A stretch of 64,000 bases of DNA from Podarcis liolepis (lineage: Eukaryota), in NCBI GenBank assembly GCA_965112155.1, contig OZ218100.1. The stretch is one strand, 5' to 3'. Below the pieces are notes generated by a model. The model made no database searches, had not been told where the DNA came from, and saw nothing but the letters and a program-made list of their open reading frames with translations. This document shows, piece by piece, positions 1 through 10,900 of this stretch (position 1 is its first letter; each line of letters opens with the position of its first letter). The translations under genes were made by a program, and so were the position numbers.

Positions 1-397
1 TTTTGTTTTTGAGGCTTTTTTGGTTGATTCGTTTTTGTGACTCTGTGGAACCCAGTTCTGCTACTGATTGATTGTGTGACTGTGGAGATGGATAAAAGCA
101 ACCCCCCCCCCAATCCAAACAATGACTATCATCAGTGCAGGTAAGATTATTTTTTTTATCATCTACAATACTGTATTATTTATTTTATACTACAGTACAC
201 TGATTATTGCTTTTATTTTATGGATCAGTGGTCTCGTTAGATAGTAAAATTCATGTTAAATTGCCGTTTTAGGAGTTGTGTTTAAAAGTCTGGAATGGAT
301 TAATCTGTTTTGCATTACTTTCTATGGGAAAGCACGCCTTGGTTTTGGAACGCTTTGGTTTTGGTACGGACTAAGTTTGAGAACCAAGGTACCGCTG
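1..397. mobile_element. Right end of a TcMar/Tigger-like non-autonomous element (left end outside window)
   Basis: Ends ...gagaaccaaggtaccgctg followed by TA; TIR similar to the CAGTGGTACCTCGGTT element at 17963. Confidence 0.7.
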
Positions 398-639
398 TAT
401 GGGATTGCTCTACTTGGGAGCTACTCCTGCATCACTTGATGTGTGTGAAATGGGAGCTAAATTCTCACAGCTTTTCCCTCAAAACCATGGAAACATCATT
501 TTTTTAAAGACTGGAGATTTATAGTCTCTTGAAGAGATACAATTACCAGAATTCCGTGGAAGAAATGTAGATGTTTTCTAGTGCATTTTTTCTGCTTGCA
601 AACGAAACCATGCTCTGACCTCTTCCTAGTCTTTCTCCA

Positions 640-1702
640 CACTGATTCACTCAGTATTATTTTATTCACTGGTCAACAGTATGGAATTCTTGTTGAAGGC
701 ATGAATGGTGCATTGTGCCTTATGACGTGCAAAAATTGATATACTGAAGGAATCCAATGATTGCATGAAATGTGATGGAGAAATGGGAAAAAATAAGGGT
801 TGTTCTGAAAGTAATGATCTGAATCTTTCAAATCATGTACGATGTAAAGTTGACACAGAACACACACCTCCATGGGATATAAGGAATACAGTAGCAACAA
901 AGAGAAGGGACAAGCTTTATTTCATAATTTCCCCCCCTTTTTTTCTGCAAGCAAAACTGCTTTGATATAAAATGAGTCCAATGATACAGTGCTATCATCC
1001 ACTCAAGCAAAAGAAAACCTCACGCTGACGTGAATGCAGATTATACTGGCATTCTGATACAAGTGTAATAATTCTAGATTCCAGATGGTGTCTGGCCTTT
1101 AAAGCAATGGCACAGAAAATGCTGCAAAATATTGGAGTACTGTACTGAAGTACTGGCAAGTGCTCTTTAAGTAACTCTCTCTGTGAATTCTCTGTAGGAT
1201 AATGTTTGATTAACTGCAGTATGAACTGTGTCTTCTGGTTCTTAGTATCCCTGCCACATGCCTCTTCGAGTCCACTGTGTTAGTTCAAAATGCATAATGT
1301 TGACTGTTGTCTTTTTCATTTGTATTAAGACAAAGTTATGAGGTATCCTTTACTGTTAATCTAATGATGAAGTGACAGGCCTTGTTGACTTAGGACGCAA
1401 AGACAATTGTACATTCAGTAATTGCTTTTAGTGATCTCTCTACACATTACTGCAAACAACTGTTAGTTACATTGGAAAAAAAACTTTCTCCTTTTCACAT
1501 ATGATATGGCATAAACGAAACAAAATTTGACAAAAATCATACACATAAAATAAACAAGACAAATACACAAATAAGGCCATCTGCAAAATTAAAAATCCAA
1601 CTCTCGTAATATTTCACAATAATTTCTACAGAATATTTTACATCTTAAAAACTTAAATATTTAATGCACAGGAAAAAGGTGGTCTTGACAGAGCCAACCA
1701 CA
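640..1702 (-). other. DST: DST 3'UTR (about 1.05 kb, 3' end approximate)
   Basis: AU-rich, repeat-free stretch after the stop codon, bounded by AATAAA at 661-666; cleavage site inferred. Confidence 0.65.
661..666 (-). terminator. Probable distal polyadenylation signal AATAAA
   Basis: + strand tttatt at 661-666; another AATAAA at 916-921 and ATTAAA at 1660-1665. Confidence 0.55.
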
Positions 1703-1968
1703 CTATCTCTTGGAGGACTTGTCTAATTTGCTGGCCGGCGACTTTCTTTGTGGAGTTGGAATTTTGGAAGGTTTTCCAGATGCTGAGCGAGAATTGGGTC
1801 GGGGTGTTGGCCTAATTGGGGTATGAACAGTCTCCGATACATCCGAGCACACAGACTGAATTTCTGAAATGTCAAAATCAGATGCGTCACTGCCCCGGCG
1901 GCTGCTTGCTCTGCTGCCAGCCTTGCTTCCTGCTCGACTTCCAGGTCTGCTTGGTGTTTTTCTGGTGT
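1703..1968 (-). CDS. DST: DST last coding exon: GSR repeats, SKIP (SxIP EB-binding) motif, stop TAG
   Basis: cag|AC ACC AGA ...; [21 protein letters not shown]; PSKIPTP; TAG at 1703-1705. Confidence 0.96.
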
Positions 1969-4900
1969 CTGTATGAGGAGGAGAAATACACCCATTGCAA
2001 TTAGAGTGAGAAGGGATAACGAAGGCTGATTCTGTCCTGGCATCATCAAGAGCTTCATGGTGCTCCATTATGGGCAGCCAGAAGTCTACTCAAGCGAGTG
2101 CTGCTCTTTCATTACAAACCAGAGGATAAAGCTAACCGTGGCTACTAGTCATGGCAGCTTCTATCTCCGAAGACTAGTGGTTGGGTTTCACTGGTAAGGA
2201 GGCTGCTGCTACACTCACATCCTGATTGTGGGCTTCCCAGCCTGATTGGCCATCGTGAAAACATGATGCTGGACTGGATGGACCTTTTGTTACATTCAGC
2301 AGGGATGTTCTGGATGCTACCCACTGGGCACATCAAGTATGCCCTGTTTCAATCCTACATGGGTACACCAGAGCCCCTCTGTTATGCGCAGCCGGTGGAT
2401 ACAAGTCAGAGCAATCTACTGTTTTCAATGCCAATATTTCCCCTTTAAAGTGCTTTGCATCACAAGTGGAACTTTTCACTCTAGCTCCTTCTGCTCTGGT
2501 ATCATGAAACTCACAAGTTAGACATGATATCAATATGCAGTTCCAATTTTACATCCCAGCTTCAGTGAACCAGAATTTCATCAGGACCAAGGCCTTGATT
2601 CAAAGCAGGATCTGCCACATTTCAGCCTCCCAAAGAAGCAGATCCCACGCAATGTGTGTACATGCAGTAGTCTACCTTTTACTCTGTGTATTAGGTACTA
2701 GCCTCCCAGAGACATTTATTCCAAGCTCTCCAGTGCTCACCTGCAAAATGTGCCCTGACTCTTGTAGCTGCTGTTGAAATGAGGCTGCTGTCTTCTCCAG
2801 AATGGAAACCCTTCCCAGACAGATATCCTGGCAATCTAAGTTTACTCCCTTGTATTGGAGTCCCCTGTAGGACACAAGGAGAACTGAATGAAACAAACCC
2901 ATTATGTTCTGCATCAAACAAGAGCTGATTTTAGGACTCCATCCATATCACCTTCTTCGGAACATGCATGGCAAAGAAAAAGCTATTCCAAAAAGTGATG
3001 ACATAGGAATATTTAGTTAATGAGTTGGAAAGGGAACCAAATGGTAATAATATCTAGTATGTAAAGCACTTTACCTGTCACTGTATCTCTTCCTTCCCTC
3101 CCTCAATGTTTCCCAGTTACCAATTTTTAGTTTATAAGCTTCTTGAGAGCAAGAACCTGGTTTTGCTTACATAACTTGGTAAGGTGCTTTGTACACTGAT
3201 GACATTGTATAAATGAACATACAAACAAACAAACAAACAAACAAAAAGAATGGCTTTTTATATTTACATGTCAAGATGTAATATACCTGCCAACTTAGGA
3301 TCACACTTCATGTATCTGATGAAGTCAACTCTAAACTACAAAATCATGAGTTTACTCTATGACAAGATATTTTGCTGTTTTTTCTGCAACAATGTGTAAC
3401 ATGCCTATGCTTCTGAAAAATGCATCAGTGTGTGGCTAGTCTGAAGGATCACTGTGTAGTCATCAAGGCAATATGGAATTAATTCTGACCAGGGAGGACA
3501 ATTAAATTGCTGTGCTGACACTTCTTTGGTTTGCTAGTAATAGCTAAATGCAAATAGGAAGTTTACACTGAGGCTATGCTATCTGCTGAAGTATGGAGAA
3601 AAAGAAAGCATAATATTAGAAACTGTCAGCAATTCATATTCTGTATTGTATTTTAAATCCTGTGGATATTTAGGAGTAATAATTCTATACATGTAATAAA
3701 TGTATTTTATGGGAAGGATAGCTAAGTAGGTGTTTCGCTACCTAGTAAGCAAAGCCATACAAAAATCTCAGGTTAGTTGTAGGAAAAGCTGGAGGGAAAG
3801 TAGCAGAAGTGGTAGCCGCCACAATCAAGAGCAGTAATAACACATTCTTCTCAGCGCTAACCATTGATGTACTGCATACTCTAATATAATTTTGTATTAT
3901 GTGAGAAGACAGCAGTATTATGTCAGCAGGAGGCAGTCTACTGATTTAATCTTTGGCTCCTTAATCAATAGTAGACTCTTTCAATCTTTTATGTATTTCA
4001 GTTCTCAATATTCCCTTGTTCTAAACAAGCAAGGCTATCAACCATTTCCCTATGAGAACTGAGAAATTATAGCTTGGGTTGTTTCCCCAGGGTTGGCACT
4101 TAAAGATACTTCAGATCCTAAATATTTTGGTGGCTGCCACCTACCCAGTGTTCCACAATCACCAGATAATTAATCTTAATGCACTTTTGTACCATGAGGG
4201 TACGAAGTAAGGCATTCTTGGCGGCTCCTTGAGATATATGGAACTTCTTTCTTTTGGAGGACTGAGCCAGACGCACTGTAAGATATTTTTATTTTCACTC
4301 GTTTTTAATGGTCAGGGTAAAGCAGATATGGGATAGTTGCAATGCAATCTCACAAATTTACAGTGGTGCCCCGCAAGACGAATGCCTCGCAAGACGAAAA
4401 ACTCGCTAGACGAAAGGGTTTTGCGGTTTTTGAGCTGCTTCGCAAGACGAATTTTCCTATGGGCTTGCTTCGCAAGACGAAAACGTCTTGCGTTTTTTGC
4501 AAGTTTGTTTCCTTTTTCTTAACACCGTTAATACAGTTGCGACTTGACTTCGAGGAGCAACTCATAGAACGTGGTGTGGTAGCCTTTTTTGAGGTTTTTG
4601 GCGATTTTTGAAGCTTTTCCAAAACTTTTCCGACACCGTGCTTCGCAAGACGAAAAATTCGCTAGATGAAAAAACTCGCGGAACGAATTAATTTCGTCTT
4701 GCGAGGCACCACTGTATCTAGGTTTCCTAAGCATAGTATTTATAATTTCTATTTTAATGCCATTTCTTGCTCTGAGCTGTTGGGATGGGATGGGATGGGC
4801 TAGAAACTAAACTCAGGCCCTAGTTCAGACGGAATAGAAAGTGTTTTAGTTTATTGATTTTGGTGTGCTTAGCTCTGAGAGGCCTAAGTAATAAATGGGG

Positions 4901-7900
4901 TCAAACAGAGCCAGAACACCAATGACATACTATTAGGTAAAATAATATTGGACTGACTTACTGTTAGTGGAGGAATCTGAAACTTCTTGCATTTCACATA
5001 ACTTTTCATTAGGCAGAATGGTACTGCACCAGGATCTCATATTTATCTAACTGCTTATCTAGAGCAAACTAGATGATTTCAGTTATAAATATCTTAGACT
5101 CCACATGTACAGAGCTGATTCCTAGTTTGACCATGGTTATATAGAATTTAAAACATGCTCATCAAGACCCAAACAAACTCAAATGACTGATCAATTTATA
5201 GATTTAAAAAGAGAGAAAGTAAAATTGATGGATAGAAGATTGAAAACAAACAGAGTGCATTAATATGTAAGGAAGGTACAGCACAGCTGGGCAAGGAACT
5301 GTAGTGAATGTTAGCTAACAGGATAGTTTTAGTGAATGTTAGACTAGAATATCCATCCATTACTGTACCTCTGTGGATGACACTTGATATTCAGAGCACT
5401 CTGGAGGTTTACAAGGAGATGATGTTTTGCTGTTTATCAACCATGGTTTACCATAGTTGCGTGTTAAATGATGGGGTGTCTGTATGGAACAATGGCAAAT
5501 CACAAGGGTGAAGAACAGGCGATGGAAAACAATGTCATGGAGAGGAATATTCAGATTATGAATACTGAATCTCACAGTAAAAGTCAAAAACAAAATGACA
5601 CCAAAACAAAGCAGGAACAGTTGACAAGCATTCTATACAAAAGAGAATGTATGTGTGCTTTTTAAAATGCAATGGTGGGTTAATGGTTTTTTCATTTTCA
5701 CTCCCACTTTTCTAATTAGCTTACATGTTTTTTCCCAGGCTTGCACGACCGCTGCGATTGTAAGGGAGGAAACGATAAAAAACTTTTGTTAGCTTTCTTT
5801 GAAAAATAAAATAACCAATATCTCCCCTATTTGTTTTAGGGTAGCATTATTGCGAACTGTAGCAAGCTTGGCCTGATTTTATTAACTGCATTAAATTTCA
5901 GCTGCACCACTCCAGTCATACCTTGGGTGTGCTGGCCGCAAGAGCTGATGTTGGAGCTCCTTGAGCAGGTGGATTTGACACAGACATGGATCTGTTGGGT
6001 GAAGCACCCCTTGAAGAAGGTCGTGATCTGCGTCCCCTTTGTCGGAAGGCAGCCATGCTTTGGCTAGCTCCGTCTGCCAAAATGAATTTCTCACGTAGCT
6101 CCATGTTCGTCCTCCCTTTAGCTAGAGGATGCGAAAGAGAGAAATCGAAAAGTCTGATTATTTCCCCAGCTGCCTGTCCATATCGCTGGCTTTGCTAGAG
6201 CTAAACAAACAGGCCAAACAATTCAAACACATTAGTGAGTAATGCATTTGTTTGAGACAAAAAAGTTCATTTGCAGAATATGCGCATCTAACATTTTATG
6301 CTAGCAAAAGATGAACTGCGCATCTAACATTTTATGCTAGCAGAGATGAACTGCTGTCAACATAAATCAGCATGATAATGGAATGGCTCAACATGCTATT
6401 TGGTTACCAATGCACAGACTCAACCTGAAGACCCATTTGACTAATGCTACCACTGTTTGGATGATTCAGAAACAGATGCTGGCTATGATGAGTAAACATG
6501 GAGAGAAAAGCATAAAACCATATTAGTTCTAAGCTATATAGTAATGCAGTTGGGCAACATGCAATGACAAACAGAAACTCCCAAACTGTAAAGAAGTGAT
6601 GGGATGCTGGGCACAGACAAACGCAGGTATAGAGGCAAAGGTGAGAACTTCCCACAAGGTTCAGATGCGTAAACAGGTTAGCATTTGGTTTTCTCTGTCT
6701 TAATGGCAATTGCTTTTGAAACACTCTTTTCGAGCGTGTCAAAGGAAATTTAGAAGCAAGCTCTCAAGCACCAGCCAGTGCAATAAGTGTTAAGGCTAAA
6801 AAATGTGAAACGTGAAGCGTTGTGTTAAATATATATTTGTATATATCAAAGCAGAGTGGGTAGGAAATGGAAAAGAACATTAAGAACAGGAGAGACAAAG
6901 AGAGGGGTTTGCCAACCTATAGTAGGCTGAGTGGTAATTGAAGAGTTTGATTCCGAACGTAACATTTTACTCCCATGATGATGAACTAGAAAAAATGACA
7001 CAGGATATGGGTCATATTAAAAGAAAATTGTTAGCAGGAGAAGAAATCAATTACAGCAGTTGCATATGCAAGAAGATTCAAAGCTGCAGGCCAAGGACAG
7101 ATCTTAAGTGATTAAAAGTTCTCGCTAAGTGTAGGAACATGGAGCAAGGTCATGGAGTTTTCTTCAGCAAAAGAAACCACTCTTGGTGTAAGCTCAGCTG
7201 CAGACAGTCCCAATGTCATCATGTAGGTAAAAAAAGAAAGCAAGTGGTTTCTTTGCCATCTTCAAAAAGGGATGTTCTATCTTCATACTTCTTAAGGTTG
7301 CATGAAAGGAGGACACAACATACCACACAGTGCTTTAATAGAATGAAACCTAGTCACCATTAAGACACCCAACAGGTTTGCATATGATTTACAGTTTCCA
7401 CATAAGAGCTAGTGTTTCCATGGCAGATTTGATGAAGAATGTAATCTTACGTTCCATCCTTTTGAGACAGGTTTATCTCTGAAATTATGTTGCCCTTTGA
7501 AAGGGATTTTGTGGGTAAAGCACCCCACAAATGGAAAACAAACAACAACAAAAATTCAGATTCAGTAATACTGAAAATCACAAATGAACTTTCCTTGCTG
7601 AAAATCTGTTTCAGAAAAAAAAATAATCTCTCCATATTGACGCAATTTACACATAACGCTAAACCATGGTTTATGTTAGTGATGAGCTGTAGTGAGCTCT
7701 GGACTTCTCCCCTGCCTTGTCCTCCTTTGGTGTGGCCGTGAGAAAGGATAAGAAGCTTCTGCTTCCACTTTAAGTAACTACAGTTTTGCATGGTGTCCAA
7801 ACCTAGATGTCCAAATTAACTTTAACTATGGTTTATTGAAACAAGTCATCTTCTTAAACTATGGTCTGAAGTTGGCTTGTTTAAATAAGTGGTTAAGATT

Positions 7901-10900
7901 AAACACATTTTGTCCAGATCCAGATGATAAAAAGCTGTGGTTAATTTAAAACAGAAGTTAATGCTTCCTTGTAGTTTGTGCTGGAGGAGGAATGGAAAGG
8001 CATAAACTACAGTAGCAGCCATCACATTAAATATAATAGTTTTTGGAAATTCAGAGATCTTCCATATTTGTATACACTGGTGTTGAAGAACCTAATTCCT
8101 GTAATGGGAAGCTTGGTGATAATCAGCTGGAGATACCAACTGTTGTTGTTTTTTAAAAGCAGCAACAATAAATATGTCAAATCAAGTACTGTTCACCTGA
8201 CTTAGGTGGAACATGGGTGGATTGTAGGCATCTCACAATGTAGGAATAATATAGCACATCTAATATGTTTTTATAGGAGTCAATTATATTCAGTCAGAAT
8301 GCTACATTCCACTTTCGTCCTGTTAAGATTCTTCAGAGTAGAGTATGAGATGGGATGATGGAATCAGGTGGATTATCAATGCAGGCTGTGTAACGATCTC
8401 ATTTATTCCTGTACAGCAGGAATGTAAAATGTGACTCAAGCATAACGTAATTAAAACAGAATTGAAGCAAGTTTTCCACCAGAGGCACAGTTCCCTCTTT
8501 TTCTCAACACTACAGGTAACATCCAGTCATATGATCGTTTACTAAACAGCAGGAATTTTAAGTTGTAGTTTCAATTGTATCTGATAAAATGGTGGCTGGA
8601 TAAGTAAGCATTAGCCTGATTAAGGAAAAAGAAATATATATCCCTAAGAAGCATGTATACCACTACAATGTTTACTTTTCAGTCTGAACTTGCAGCATTA
8701 CGTATAGAATTCACAGTTTTAACTACAGAGAAAAATAATCTAATATATGCCCAATAATGTTTTCTGTAGCTACTTTTCATTTTTGAGAAACAGAACACTA
8801 CGTTCACCACCCCATTTTAACATTCCTTTGTACATTCACAACATAAAACTGGGTGATGCCCTTTATATTATTCCCTCTGGGATTAGCAAGTAGTCGCTAC
8901 TTTACTTACCATTTCCACTGAACTTCTGGAATTTTGCCCCCCAAAGTGATTGCTTCACTTCACCTCTTGGTGAGCCTAAAACCCAACCAATCCCATGCCT
9001 ACTGCATTCTATCAACACACACAGCAGGCAGACCTAGGACCCAGAAATGATTTCAACTAAACCCAGGCTACCTTCTTCTGTGAATCAGGTTTTAGGCTTA
9101 TAAGGCTGTTAAGATGCCACAGTGAAATCTGCTTACAAATCTGGGCGCAATTGCTTAGAATCCTTGGAAGATCTAGGCCACAAACCAGTGAGCCATCAGC
9201 TGTTCACCATGAGCCAGGCTACATGTTACACTCACCATAAGAGTGGTCCCACCACACTTTCTGCTCTTCCCCCCTCCCAACTCTGAGGAAAAATTAGCTA
9301 ACAAGAGAGAAAAGGGGAGATAACCAATGGACAGGGAAGGGAAGCCAGCACTTCCTCCTTTCCTGTATGTGTGGTTTCTGTGTTCCTGACAGCTTCTCAT
9401 TCTGTTGGTGTGTGAGAGCCAAAGAAATTCCTTGCATGTCAAGCTCTCACATGGTGAATGCAATGCATAGCCAGAGTATACAGCAGAGCTTTCCAAACTT
9501 TTCATGTTGGTGACACACTTTTTAAACATGCATCATTTCGGGACAGTAATTCAGTTTTGCATCATTTCATGACACAGTAATTCAGTTTTACTAGCAAACC
9601 AGAGATTAAACTAACCCCTTTCCAGCTCTGGGAGGGGCATGGGGAGCGTTTGTGTGACACACATAAGCACTGCAGCCAACACATTAACGTGTCGCGACAC
9701 AGAGTTTGGAAAGCTCTGGTCTACAGTATCTTCAGTAGGTAGTCCTTAAAAATAGCAAGATGTATATAAGTAGGGCATCGTAAGTGAATCAGTGTTTAAC
9801 TAAACCAGGGATTTATACAGTTTACATTTCATCCTTCTAACCTCTACTACCTTAGTTAATCCATGACAGCAGTTGTATATACACTATTAATGGGTTTAAT
9901 AGTCATATGTAAAGAAGTCTTCCTACATACCTCTGCAAGGATCATTTTTCACTAAGAACTCATCAAGTGCCATCCATCCGCCTCCAACTCGAACCATAAC
10001 AGTGCTCCGCAGAATGCGGACAAGACGGAGTTGCTGGGAGTCACCAAACTGTGCAGGAAGACAGGAAATCAAGCTCAAGGTTTCCTACAAGTTCTAAACA
10101 GCACGGTGCGCTCCAAGCCAAGAGGGTTAAAATTAGCCACGCACAATAAGCTCCTAAATCATTAGTAGAAAAATCACCAAAGAGTTTTGCATTATGCATA
10201 TGGTAAAGGTTGTTTTCAAGTTGAATGCAACTGCATTAACCCAAAAGGTAGCAATGAGATTGGTGGGGGAGGGGAGGGAGGCAGAGCACAAGGGTATAAT
10301 GCGGCTAGGTTTGATTGCCCCCCCCCCCTTGATTCTTGAGAGCCACATGGATGTTTCTCAGATCTTTTCAAAGGAGAAAAATTAGTCATGTAATACATGA
10401 AGCTACTTGGAATTGTACTGTCAATACTAAAACCTTCACTGATCTCTCCTTGAAAAAATGATAAGAATATTCCCACCGAAATATGGATTAGAACTCATTA
10501 TGAGGACACAGTGCACATATTACAGTGATGACCGCTGAATAAGTCAGAAAAACAGACGTTTATTGTTATTTCATAATTTCTTTTTCACCCTCTTGCCTTC
10601 TGGAAAGCTGCCCCTTAGAATAGCCACTAAGGGCATTTCTAGGCAAGTGTTGTATCATGTAACAAATAGAATTTTTGTGAGGGTTCCAGTTATCTTTCTT
10701 CAGGGATGCCCTTCTTCCAAGGGTGCTATTTTTTTTAGCATTTTGTGACCATTCTCCCACACATTATGTGTATTTCTATAGCCAGTGTGAGAAGTAAGAA
10801 TAAGCTGGATTAGGGCAATGGCCCATCTAGGCCGTCCTGTTCTTACATAGCCATCATGGCTAGCAGCCTTAAATAGCCCTCTCCTCCATGAATTTGTCCA

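Noticed and set aside
715-722. GTGCCTTA miR-124 8mer in the UTR region
   Set aside because: On the + strand, antisense to the DST mRNA.
1969-2068. N-terminal part of ORF 1703..2068 (MEHHEAL...)
   Set aside because: Intronic read-through upstream of the real acceptor at 1969-1970.
4361-4714. Regularly recurring CGCAAGACGAA motifs resembling a CRISPR-like array
   Set aside because: Short, irregularly spaced sub-terminal repeats inside a TIR/TA-flanked MITE in a vertebrate intron; no cas genes.
7451-7478. cag|AGATAAACC...GGAAC|gtaaga exon-like unit
   Set aside because: 28 nt (26 or 44 with other AGs), not frame-preserving, and the pyrimidine tract is distant; likely chance.
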